DNA from: Octopus vulgaris
Lineage: Eukaryota
Length of the DNA: 64,000 nucleotides
Direction: 5' to 3'
Assembly: GCA_951406725.2 (NCBI GenBank)
Contig: OX597830.1
Span: forward strand, 31,868,001 to 31,932,000
A model generated the notes under the pieces. The model saw only the letters and a list, made by a program, of their open reading frames with translations. It had not been told where the DNA came from and made no database searches. The translations under genes and the position numbers were made by a program. Positions within the stretch are counted from its first letter, which is position 1. The number at the start of each line of letters is the position of its first letter. Of the stretch, positions 38,214 to 51,848 are shown one piece after another.

Positions 38214-38827
38214 CATGCGTGTGTGTGTGTTTGTGTGTGTGTGTTTGTGTGTGAGTGTGTGTGTTTGCATGCGAGCATGTGTGTGTGTGTGACTCTATAT
38301 AGTAGTTTTGAAAAAGGATAAAAATAAATTATTTTCTCTTAGTAATAATTGATAAGTAAAATTTGGGGGCTTCCTGTCCTCAGTAGTTTCTGAGGTAACA
38401 GCAGATACTGAAGGAAGCAATCAATCAATCAAGCAAACAAACGTCATAACAACTGTGGCACCTCATTTTTTGATGGTTGGAAATAATTGTAAGAGTTCAG
38501 GGTGAAGTCTTAGTAATTGCTTATCCATTCATGGCTAAAATTAGTGCTGTGGAGGATAGTATACAGAAACATAAAGAATGGTAAAGGTTTTTTTAAGATT
38601 TTGTTTCTTATTTATTTATAATATTGTTTTCGTATTTATTTACTTTTTCTTTTTTTGGGGATGTTTTGTAGAAGGAAATGAGTGATGGCAAAGACAGAAG
38701 GAAAGAGTGTTTGAATGAAAAATATTAGTAAGAAAGTGAATGAATATGAGTAAAGAATGAAAAAGTGAAGGAAAATGCATGACAAAAAAGAAATGATGAA
38801 TGAGGGAGTGAAAGAAAAATCACAGTA

Positions 38828-39045
38828 TTGGTTTCGAATTTTGGCACCAGGCCTGCAATTATCGGGGGAGGGGGTAAGTTGATTACATCGACTCCAGTGT
38901 TCAGCTGGTACTTTATTTTATCGACCCTGGAAGAATGAGAGGTAAAGTCAACATCAGCAAAAGTTGAACTCAAAATGTAAAGATGGACAAAATACTTGTA
39001 AGCATTTTGCCCAGCATGCTAAAAATTCAGCCTGCTTGCCACCTT
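38828..39045 (-). mobile_element. SINE family C
   Basis: Reverse complement head AAGGTGGCAAGCAGGCTGAA and central GGGTCGATAAAATAAAGTACCAG. Confidence 0.8.
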
Positions 39046-39674
39046 AAAATGAAAAAAACATCAAATAATGAATAAAAGAAAAGGAAGACCAAATATAAGA
39101 ATGAGAGAAAGAGGTAGTTGAATGAAAGAAACTAAGTAGCTCAAAATTTCAAATTACTTCAACAAACATCAAAAATGGTGTGTACAAAAATTATTTGAAA
39201 TCTCCATACAATATGTAATATAAATACAACAATTATTTCTTGTTGTGTCTGCAGGTAATTGTACATGAAGTAGAACTAAACTTAAAATATATGTTACACT
39301 TTTAAGTTACACAGGGTATGTTCAGATTGACTTTGAAACATATGTAGTATACGATTCAGCCAGCTTGCCACCTTAAAACAAAAAAAAAAACATCAAATAA
39401 TGAATAAAAGAAAAGGAAGACCAAATATAAGAATGAGAGAGAAAGAGGTAGTTGAATGAAAGAAACTAAGCAGTTCAAAATTTCAAATTACTTCAACAAG
39501 CATCAAAAATGGTGTGTACAAAATTTATTTAAAATATGTAATATAAATACAACGATTATTTCTTGTTGTGTCTGCAGGTAATCGTACATGAAGTAGGACT
39601 AAACTTAAAATATATGTTACACTTTTAAGTTACACAGGGTATGTTCAGATTGACTTTGAAACATATGTAGTATA
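39025..39674. repeat. tandem duplication, two units of about 325 bp
   Basis: 39025-39351 and 39354-39674 are colinear from ATTCAGCC(T/A)GCTTGCCACCTTAAAA to GAAACATATGTAGTATA. Confidence 0.95.
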
Positions 39675-40292
39675 TATTTACCTTCTCCATTTCCTGCTCC
39701 TATCAATTTATATAATCACATTATTAGCAATGTTTGTTTCTAAGCCATGAGTTGTATAGTTGCAGCCAACTTCACTTAAACTCTGTCAAATCTGATATCG
39801 GACGAATTGTATAACATATATTGATTACTAAAATTTGTTGATTGAGTATCATTTGTTTTGTGTTAGCTGGATATTTTGGTGCCTTTTGCACCAAAAGCTA
39901 ATATGAGACTTTCTTTCATGCTATCTACCACAGTATAATTCATTCTAACAGAACATCCACGTTTAAGTGAGAATAAATATTACCTCCCAATTTATACATA
40001 CATACATATCTATCATCATCATCACCATCGTTTAACTTCCGTTTTCCATGCTGGCATAGTTCGACTGGGGTCTGGGGAGCCAGGAGGATGCACTAGGCTC
40101 CAGTCTGATCTGGCACTATTTCTACAGCTGGATGCCCTTCCTAATACCAACCACTTTGTAGTACATGCTTGGATGGTCATTTTTACATTCCACTAGCACA
40201 AAAAGACAGTCAAGGCAGCGCTAGCATCGGCCACATTTGGATGGTGCTTTTTACATGCCACTGACATGGGGACCACAACTACAACCTCCATT

Positions 40293-40414
<122 letters not shown>

Positions 40415-41309
40415 TGAGAGAGAGAGGATAAATATTACCCCTTGATACATACATACATACATATCTCTCTCCTTCTCTATTTCTTTCTCTCTCTCTCTCT
40501 CTGTGGCACATAAAAAGCACCCACTACATTCTTGGAATGGTTGGTGTTAGTAAGAGCATCTAGCTGTAGAAACTTTGCCAGATCAGATTGGAGCCTAGTG
40601 CAGCCATCTTGCTTGGCAGCCGTAGGTCCGACCGTCCAACTCATTCCAGCATTGAAAGCAGCCGTTACTCGACAATGATGATAATGATTATGATATATAT
40701 ATAGGCTTCTTTCAGTTTCTGACAACCAAATTCACTTGCAAGGTCTTGGTCAGCCCAGGGCTGCAGAAGAGAACACTAACCCATGGTGTCACACAGTGGG
40801 ACTGAACCTGGGAAGCATATGGCTGTGAAGCTAAGTCCTTAACTACACGACCATGCATACACACAGACACACGCACACATACACACACACACACATACAC
40901 ACACATACATATGTATATATACATCCACATTCTGCAATGTACACATAACATAACTTGATTCCATGTGCTACATGCATTCAACCACTTTTGCATGAATGCA
41001 TGCTCATGGAACATGAATGTAACCTAATTCTTCAAACACTCCACTAAAACTAGTACTTTATGTATCTCTAGACACACACACATACACACACACATACACA
41101 CATATACACATGCATACGTGTACGCATAACCGTATATATGTATATATGAATCATATATGTAATTATTATGGCGTGTTACATATTTCTCAATTATACATAT
41201 TTAAACATTTATGCTGTTTTTAATATTTAGTATTTAGTTCTTTCACAGATGCAGTCTTTTGGGCATTTGGTAGTATTCTTCTGAGAGTAATTGCAATCAG
41301 TGTGTGCAT

Positions 41310-41345
<36 letters not shown>

Positions 41346-41518
41346 ATTGAGACTATGTGCAAATGCACTGGCTAATTGTTACACAAATATGTGCAAGGGT
41401 ATATAAATATGTAACACATAAGCATACATACATGTATGTATATGCATAAACACACGCACACATCTGCATGTATTTACATATATAGATATATATATATATA
41501 TGTATATATATATGTATA

Positions 41519-41595
<77 letters not shown>

Positions 41596-41626
41596 TTGTG
41601 TATATATATATATATGTATATATATC

Positions 41627-41668
<42 letters not shown>

Positions 41669-41813
41669 CATGGAAAGCGGACGCTAAACGATGATGATGA
41701 TGATGATGATGATAAAGCATACACACATGCATACATACATTTATGTATATATACGTACCTACATACATACATACATGTGTACATATATAAATAACTGCAC
41801 ATGTGTGTGTCTG

Positions 41814-41854
<41 letters not shown>

Positions 41855-43487
41855 ATACAATGCCAAAGTTATAAGCAATATATTTGTTGTTATATAAACA
41901 TTAATACACTCACACTAAACATCACCAGCCCCACCCCATCTGCACCACCACCACCACTACCATCACCACTGCTGCCACTTCCGCCACCACCACTACCACC
42001 ACCACCACCATCATTATTAACATGATAATACTGTAAAATGATGCTAACAACAAAGCGTCTGTTATTCAGATAATTATCAATAAGCTTCTATTTTTTTTTT
42101 TGTTTGTTCCCTTAAAGTGCTGACACCTCCCCTACAAATATCACCTGACGGTTCCATTGTGCTCGGCCACAGCCATAGTTTGCGCCAGCTTCAACTTCCA
42201 AGCCTGTTATCCTTGCTCAATCATCCAGTCACACTAATTAATCTCTGTCTAGTCTTTCTGTGTGTCATTCATATAACTTCATGCTTCAGTTACTGTACAG
42301 GACTACACTTCTTCTTACCTGTGATTCCCTCTCAACTACATTGTTCTGGGTTCAGTCCCACTGTGTGGCACCTTGGGCAAGTAAGTGTCTTCTACTGTAG
42401 CTTCAGGCTGACCAAAGTCTTGTGACTGGATTTGATGGAAATTAAAAGAGGCCCGGAAATTGAAAGAAGCTCGGAAATTGAAAGAAGCCCGGAAATTGAA
42501 AGAAGCCCATTGTATCTATATATATATATATATGTATATTGTCATCATTATCTTTATTTAATGTCTGTTTTCCATGCTGGTATCGGTTGGATGGTTTGAC
42601 TGGAGCTGGCAAGGCCAGGGTCTGCACCAGAGTCCATTGTCAGTTTTGGCATGGTTTCTATGGCTAGATGCCCTTTTTAAGTGACACCATACACACATAC
42701 ACACATATATATATACAAGGGGCTTCTTTCAGTTTCTGCCTACTAAATATACTCACAAGGCTTTTGGTTGGCCCAAGGGTATAGTAGAAGACACTTTCCC
42801 AAGGTGCCATGCAGTGGGACTGAACCCGGAATGATGTTGTTGGTAAGCAAGCTACTTACCACACACCCACACTTGCACCTACACACACACACACGCACAC
42901 ACACATATATATATATATACACATATATATATTGTTGTGTTTAGGGAGGGTCAGTGTGCCTATAAAAATTGAGATAAACACATGTATTGGTTGAATACCA
43001 TTTCTTTATTTTACCAAGTAACTATTCAGTGGTTTCTTTCTTTCCTGGTACCTGTGTATAAGTTTTCATGTACAGCTGAGAGGTGATGCATTCATTAATG
43101 AAATGGAGCTGTATATGTGAGTATGTCTACGTTCATGTGTGCTCCCCACTGTACTGCTTGAAATACGGCATTGGTTTATTTGTGTTCCTTGTAACACAAA
43201 TAAAGGTTAGATAATGAAGTCAATCTGTTGAACTGAATGCTTTAAAGTGGTGCTCCAGCATGACCACAGTATACTGAGTGGAACAAGTAAAATATAGAGA
43301 TGCAGATAGATATGGCTGAGTGGTTAAGAAGTTTACTTCTAAATCATGAGATCTTGGGTTCATTTCCACTTCAGGCTGTCTTATCTTTAAATCTACCCAA
43401 ACTGCATGAGCGAATCAGACAGAAACTGTGTTGAAGCCCATCTTAAGGGTTGTAACTATAATTGAAAAATTTAACTTATTGTCACAT

Positions 43488-43900
43488 AGGCATAGGAGTG
43501 GCTGTGTGGTAAGTAGCTTGCTTACAAGCCACATGGTTCCAGGTTCAGTCCCATTGCATGGTACCTTGGGCAAGTGTCTTCTACTATAGCCTCGGGCCGA
43601 CCAAAGCCTTGTGATTGGATTTGGTAGACGGAAACTGAAAGAAGCCCGTCGATTATATGTATATATATGTATGTGTGTGTGTATATGTTTGTGTGTCTGT
43701 GTTTGTCCCCCCCCCCAACATCACTTGACAACCGATGCTGGTGTGTTTACGTCCCCATAACTTAGTGGTTCGGCAAAAGTGACCGATAGAATAAGTACTA
43801 GGCTTACAAATAATAAGTCCTGGGATCGATTTGCTTGACTAAAGGCTGTGCTCCAGCATGGCCACAGTAAAATGACTGAAACAAGTAAAAGAGTAAAGAG
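43488..43900 (+). mobile_element. SINE family A, full length and little diverged
   Basis: Complete head, B box GGTTCAGTCCC, core, TA/TG tract and tail GACTGAAACAAGTAAAAGAGTAAAGAG. Confidence 0.92.
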
Positions 43901-45706
43901 TATAGTTTGTTGTATTGATTTAGTATATAACAGTAAGTGCACAAGTGACTCTGGAGTACTCGACCAAAAATTTAATACCATTCTGGAAGAAGTTCATGGT
44001 CAGGTCATGGATCTCATCACAAGCTGAAGAGACCTGCTACTTGTACCATGTAAGTTGGATCTACCTGTTGTGGAGGCACATGGCTTAGTGGTAAGGGCGT
44101 TGGACTTATGATCGCAAGATTGTGGTTGCGATTCCTGGATCAGGTGATGCATTGTGTTCTTAAGCAAAACACTCCATTTTACATTGCTCCACTCCACCTA
44201 GCTGGCAAATATGAGCAACCCTGTGACAGACTGGCATCTCATCTAGGTGGAAGATATATATACACCATGGAAACGAGAAAAGCATCCCTTGTAAGTTGGT
44301 ATGATTTGAGAAGGTAACCTTTACTTTACCTGCCTACTCCGAGTTCTCCTGCCGGTTGTCTTAGCTTGGAGAATCCGTCACATATTTAAGTGTGTGTGTG
44401 TGTGTACTCATAGAGGGGATGACAGGGGAACAAGACTTCTGGTGGTTTACTGTGCTATCATAAATACACACATGAGTAATGCGATGAATATTTCAAAAAA
44501 TAGGTCTACCTTCAGGATGGAATCTGAAGATAGTTTACATACCCCAATATCAATTGATTTCATGCTGTGCAGGAGAAAACATGCTTTGCACTCATTTTGG
44601 GTATGAATCTTGGTGTCTGCTCTATAACGCTCGATCATGAGAATTTGTTTCACAATGAAAACAGATTGTACTACTGAAGATCCAGAAATCCATGAATATC
44701 TGTAGAGTATATATGAAAAATGTGTAAAAAGGAGAGATTGGTTTAAGCAAGCACACTTTATTGCATAATAATACAATTGTTTCATCACTTTACCAGTAGA
44801 TAACTGCAATAATATCATAATAAATGCATTAAATTTACTACATTGTATCAGCCCTAAATAAAATAGTACTTCACTTAGAATCAGGTGAGGGTTAGCAACA
44901 GGAAGAGCATCTTGCCATGGAAGAAAAGACCTCAATGAATTCCAACCAACCCTTACGAGCATGGAAAAGTGGATGTTAAAATGGTGATGATGATAATGAT
45001 GACGATGAAGATGATGATGATGATGATGACGATAATGATTATAATAATGACAATGATGATGAAAAGAGGAAGAAAAAGAAAAAGAGAAAGATGGTGAGCT
45101 GGAAGAAGATGGGGAGAAGAATGGGGAGGAGGAATGGGATGGTAGTGGTAGTGGTGGTCATGATATATACAGATCAACAGAAACACATGCAAACACAAAC
45201 ATGTATACATACATGCACACATATATGTATGTGTGTGTATATATATATATTGTGTACTTATATTAAAACATGGGCATCTGTATCTATGCCTGCACATCTA
45301 TGTGTGGAACACAATTTTAACTACATGATTTCACAAATGCACTCTACATACTACACACACACACACACACTCACACATCATCATCATCATCATCATCATC
45401 ATCATTTAACGTCAGTTGTCCATGCTGACATGGGTTGGACAGTTTGACTGGGCTGGCATACTGGAAGGCTGCACCAGACTCCAGTCTGATTTGGCATGGC
45501 TTTCTATGGCTGAATGGCCTTCGTAATACCGACCACTCCAAGAGTGTAATGGTTGCTTTTAGATGCCACCAGCTAGTGTACCATTTGCATGACACTGGGG
45601 TGCTTTTACATTCTACTGGCTAGGGTACCACTTACGTGACACTGGGGTGCTTTTACATGCCACTAGGATGGGTACTGGTATCTTCATGACACTGGTTTGT
45701 GCCACA

Positions 45707-45940
45707 AGGTGGCGAGCTGGCAGAAACTTTAGCACATCGAGCGAAATGCTTAGCGGTATTTCGTCTGCTGCTACATTCAGAATTCAAATTCCACCGAGGT
45801 CAACTTTGGCTTTCATGCTTTCGGGGTCGATTAAATAAGTATCAGTTACGCACCAGGATTGACATAATCGACTTAATCCGTTTGTGTGTCCTTGTTTGTC
45901 CTCTCTGTGTTTAGCCCCTTGTGGTTAGTAAAGAAATAGG
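45707..45940 (+). mobile_element. SINE family C with an alternative 3' end
   Basis: AAGGTGGCGAGCTGGCAGAAAC head and central domain, ending TGTTTAGCCCCTTGTGGTTAGTAAAGAAATAGG. Confidence 0.8.
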
Positions 45941-46508
45941 TATGTGCCATGATTGTGAGTTCACTCAGCTTGATGGGTCTTCTTCTCATGCACGACATAA
46001 TGCCAAAAGTCTTGCTCATTAACTCCACGAGGCCCCCTGCTTGAAAGGAACTCAGTCACTTTGCCTCCATGAGGCCTAGCACATGTATATCTAAACATTT
46101 AATTCCACACATACTTAGTCATGAAGCACTATGCATATTCATGATATGTATATTGCAAAATGAATTTATCTCTACAAGAACATATTTACTTACAATATTA
46201 TCTATTTGAAGCTACACACATACGCACCTGCTTACAGTCACTGACTCACTTATATATATACGTGCACACACATGAAGACATATAGACATATACATACTCT
46301 CGCTCTATATATATTCAGATATCTGTAGGATTATACATACATTTATACACAGAAGTTTTATGCGTGTTTATATATATAAAACACACACAAACACACACAC
46401 ACATATAAATATGTACGTATATATATATATGTATCTACCTATTTATCTATGTATGTGTACCTGCATACAGAGAAAGAGATAGATAGATAGATACACAAAT
46501 AGACAGAC

Positions 46509-46555
<47 letters not shown>

Positions 46556-46608
46556 GAAAGATAAATAGATAGATAAGCATATAGATAGATAAATAGATAA
46601 ATAAAAAG

Positions 46609-46643
<35 letters not shown>

Positions 46644-47190
46644 TATACCACACATTACCTAGACACTTGGATGTATATGACATAAATAATTAAAGCATTC
46701 GTTATTCTTTTAAGCAAAACCACTTTTCCTGCCAGTAACGAGATATTATTCTTCAAAAAGACTATGCTATTAGTTAAGGCAATTACCTAATTAACTAATT
46801 GCACAGTTCTCTTAGGAATTTTTACTTCACTCTTCTTCCTGTCATTTATAAGTTTGTGTGTGTGTGAGTGTTTGTGCACGCGTGTTTGCATTTGTGCATG
46901 TGTATATGTATAAATTCACACATTCAAATATATGTGTATATATATATATGTATGCAGATATACATACACATAAACATACTCACACAAACTCGAACACATA
47001 CATGCTTATGTCTATATACATGTATAAACATAGACATGCATACACACATATATCTATAAATATGTGTGAGTGTACCTGTGTGTGTGTGTATATGCATACA
47101 TATATATGTATGTGTACACATACGATACATATGTATGCATACATTCATACATAGATACATACATATATACATACATACATACATACATAC

Positions 47191-47251
<61 letters not shown>

Positions 47252-47447
47252 TATACATGTATGTATGAATATATACTCAGATACACATAGACACACATAC
47301 GTTTACACATCCATCATACATTCATACATGCATACATACATACATACATACAGAAATATCCATACAAGCACCTACATTGTCATTACTTGTTTAATGTATG
47401 CTTAGTTTTAGACACTTGCATATACATACACATATAAATAAGTAAAT

Positions 47448-47502
<55 letters not shown>

Positions 47503-47665
47503 CATATATACATATAAAGACATATGGATTCGCATGTATGACAGCAAGAATGTGTTTGTGGTTACTCTAATTTTCTCTATATCTAAGGAAGCATTTGGTG
47601 CAATGAAAAATGTATACATATACAGACATATGTATTGGCAAATAAAAAGATACTTACAACGTATA

Positions 47666-47702
<37 letters not shown>

Positions 47703-48424
47703 TTATACATATATACATACATATGTGTATATGTGCATATATATGTGTGTATACATATATATATATACACATATGTGTGCATATATGTTTATAGATATAT
47801 ATAAAGATTGTGATGATGATGATGATGATGATGAGGGTGGTGATGATGATGATGATGATGCTGATGATGATGCAGTGCAATAAGAGTGACAAGTTGGTAG
47901 ACATGGTTTCTTGTGAGCAGAAAAGTATCTGCCTACATTTATTCAGCTGACAAAATTTAGCTGATGCTGGTTATTAATTTTGCTGTTTGATACATCTACA
48001 TGGTCACTTATTCTGCTAAAAACTGCAGCTAAATGCGGTGCCCCAGCAAAATGGCGGTGCCCCAGCATGGCCACAGCTCGTGAGCTGAAACTAGATAAAA
48101 TAAAATAAATAAAATAAATAAATAAATCCCTCTAGAGAATCAAACCCTACCAATAGAAATGGTCCTGGTTTGAATATCTTTCCATCCCTACTCAATCCCA
48201 TTCAATCACAGCTGATCCCATGCAAAATCAAGTAATTCACATATGAAGAAAATTTAAATACTATATATTATTGTAACTCCTAAGAAACCTGGCAAAGCCA
48301 AATAATATGAATAAAAAAATTTGGCAGTTAATAGGTTCACCAAGTTTATTTCATAAACCTCCATTGTGCATAGGTTGCATGACCTCTTGCTCCTGAAACT
48401 GAAAATGAATTTTCCTTTTTTTTT

Positions 48425-48945
48425 TCTTTTATTCTTTTGTTTCAGTCATTTGACTGTGGCCATGCTGGAGCACTGCTTTTAGTCGAGCAAATCAACCCCA
48501 GGACTTATTTTTTTGTAAGCCTAGTACTTATTCTATCGGTCTCTCTTGTCAAGCGATGTTGGGGAGGCAAACACTTGTTTCAGTGATTTGATTATGGCCA
48601 TGCTGGAGTACTGCCTTTAGTCAAGCAAATCAACCCCAGGACTTATTCTTTGTAAGCCTAGTACTTATTCTATCTGTCTCTTTTGCTGAACCACTAAATT
48701 ACGGGGGCGTAAACACACCAGCATCGGTTGTCAAGCAATGTTGGGAGACAAGCACAGACACACAAAGATATATATACATATATATACAACAGGCTTCTTT
48801 CATTCTTCGTCTACCAAATCCATTCACAAGGCTTAGGTCAGCCCGAGGCTATAATAGAAGACACTTGCCCAAGGTGCTACGCAGTGGGACTGAACCCAGA
48901 ACCATGTGGTTGGTATGAAAGCTACTTGCCAAACAGCCACTCTCG
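48425..48945 (-). mobile_element. SINE family A with a duplicated 3' portion
   Basis: Full copy at about 48575-48945 plus a second 3' segment at about 48425-48575. Confidence 0.85.
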
Positions 48946-48957
48946 TGACATTCTTAA

Positions 48958-49179
48958 CCCTTTAGTGTTCGCATTATTCTGCCAAAATTAATGCTTCTTC
49001 ATCCACATTGTTTTGAATTAATCATTCATTAATCTTGTAGCTATGAGATTTTGATGAGGTAGCTGTTCATTTTTTAAACAATATTGTAGGGTTGGTGTGA
49101 GAGACCAGATCTGGCCAGTTTGAACATAAAACAGGCAGAATATTTTTAGCTGGATATGGCCGGTTTAAATGCTAAAGGG
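48958..49179. mobile_element. piggyBac-type MITE (222 bp)
   Basis: TTAA|CCCTTTAGTGTT ... AATGCTAAAGGG|TTAA: perfect TTAA TSD, CCC/GGG ends, 12-bp TIR with 2 mismatches. Confidence 0.85.
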
Positions 49180-49484
49180 TTAAATTCCTATATGTAACAA
49201 GAGTGCAAGGTATCATTAATTCTAGTGGAGTTTCAAGATCAATAGGTATGTTGATTACAAAAAAAAACAGAAAATGGTGACAGGGTCTATGTATGCTGAC
49301 CTGTAAGGTTTTTGTTGCTGCTTGTTGAAGTAGAAGGCATGCCACTGGATAATGTAGTGCTTGGTATACAATATCACAAAAGCAATGACGAGGGTGTCAT
49401 GGATGGACTGCTTTTGACTTAGATTTGTTCAGCTCAATACAGATAAAATTGAGATTCACCAGCAGCAACAAAAACTGCTGCTAC

Positions 49485-50200
49485 TACCACCTCAACCACT
49501 CCATCACCACTATCAACATACCTACATCAACATCACTATCACCGGACAACCACCACCACCATCATCACCATCGATACCACCACCACAACCACTACCATCA
49601 CTGCCACCACCATCACTGCCGCCACCATCACTACCATTGCTGCTGCCACCACAATCACCATTACCATCACCAACACCACCTCCACCAGTACTGCTACAAC
49701 TACTACTACTACCACCACCACCACATCCACAACCATCACCACCACCACCACCACCACTACTTCTGCCACTATCACCACCACCATCATCCTCACCACCATT
49801 GTTGGGACCACCACCACCACCATCACCACCATCGATACCACCACCACTACCACCACCACCATCACCACTATCGCCACTACCACCACCACCACCACCACCA
49901 CCACTACTTCTGCCACTATCACCACCACCATCATCCTCACCACCATCACTACCATTGCTGCTGCCACCACCACCACCATTACCACCACCAACACCATCCC
50001 CACAAGCACTGCTACAACTACCACCACCACCACCACCACATCCACAATCATCATCACCACCACCACCACTGTATCTACCACTATTACCACTATCACTGCC
50101 ACCATCATCCTCACCATCATTGCTGGCACCACCACCACCACCACCACCACCAACACCATCACCACCATCGATACCACCACCACCACCACTATTTCTACTA
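49485..50200. repeat. compound (CAC/CAT/TAC)n array with internal block duplications
   Basis: CATCGATACCACC occurs 3 times and CTACTTCTGCCACTATCACCACCACCATCATCCTCACCACC twice. Confidence 0.9.
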
Positions 50201-50847
50201 CAAATGATTTTTCTAACGCACAATTATTAGGTTCCATATGGATTGATTTGGAACTGAGCAGAAATGAGTTGGTAATAGTCAGCTGCAAATGGAGGCCTCT
50301 CTTGTACACTTCATGCTGAACAAGGGACCACAGGTAGCGGGGGGGAGGGGGCATTGACGGGTTGTTGTTGTTGATGGTGGTGGTGGTGTTGGTGAAGAAA
50401 AAGCATTAGGAGAGGTACGAGGTGAAGAAAAGAAAAGAAGAAAGGACGAAAGAAAGAAAGAAAGATATGCTAGAGTCAGTCATTACAAATGGTTTCTCAT
50501 TCATTGCTGTTCAACTCATTTATTATGATCTCTGTTATATCGGCTCTCGGCTCTCGGGGCCTCTGGAAGCGCTCTCCTCCCATTTTCCACTTCCCTACTC
50601 TTTTCCTCTCCAGCTGTCCAGGCGTTAGGCATTCATTCTCCACCACCACCCCATTCTGTTGTTGATAGTAATTCAAGACTAATTACTAATCACCTAGCTT
50701 AAAACAAGGCAATAACAATTTCTAGATTGGTAACCTTACTAATGTTTCATACACTCTCCCCTTTCTCCCTACTCTCCCTTTCTCACACACACACACACAC
50801 ACCATCTTTTATTGCCTTTCTCTTTGTCTCTGCACTTTTCTCTCTCT

Positions 50848-50880
<33 letters not shown>

Positions 50881-51469
50881 TTAGTCTCTCTCTCTCTCTA
50901 GTCTCTCTCTCTCTCTAGTCTCTCTCTCTCTCTAGTCTCTCTCTCTCACTTTCTCTTTCTCGCTATCATTTGCTTTGTATTTTTTTTTGTTTTTTTTTTC
51001 ATTTTTTCTTTCTATCTCTCTACAAGGCAAGAGATTAAAGAAAGAGTGAAACAAAATCACAATTATTATCTCTTTATTTCTGCTCCCTCCCTTTCTCTCT
51101 CTTTCCCCCTTTCTCACTCACACACTCTCATTCTCTCTTTCTCTCTCCCTTGCTCTCTCATTCATTGCATTCTTGTCTTTCTCTCTTTTTTTCCTTTTTT
51201 TATTCTCACTTTCATTCTCTCTCTCTCTTTCTCTGTCTACCTTACTGTAATTCTATTTCTCTGCACCCATCTTTGCACACATACACAAACACACACACAT
51301 ATACACACACAAATATATATATATATATACATATACACACACACGCACATACACATATGTATGCCCATGTATATATACACATGCAAAATTCCAGTAAGCT
51401 TATTTCCTCTCACTTTCTCTCTCCCCTCTCATTCTCTCTTTATATATATCAATTAATCTCTCTCTTTCT

Positions 51470-51619
51470 ACCTATCTATCTACCTATCTATCTATCTATA
51501 TCTATTTATCTACCTATCTATCTGTCTATCTACTAGCCTATCTACCTACCTACCTACCTACCTACCTACCTATCTATCTATCTATCTCTTTTTATTTATC
51601 TATTTATCTATCTATCTGC

Positions 51620-51709
<90 letters not shown>

Positions 51710-51710
51710 G

Positions 51711-51782
<72 letters not shown>

Positions 51783-51783
51783 G

Positions 51784-51846
<63 letters not shown>
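51470..51846. repeat. (TCTA)n/(CCTA)n tetranucleotide tract
   Basis: Seen directly; similar tracts at 46478-46640 and 58697-58840. Confidence 0.95.

Positions 51847-51848
<2 letters not shown>

Noticed and set aside
50570-50735. Strong pyrimidine tract ending CCAG at 50613
   Set aside because: Downstream frames close within about 30 codons, the only nearby donor (GTAACC) is weak, and the region is CT-rich anyway.
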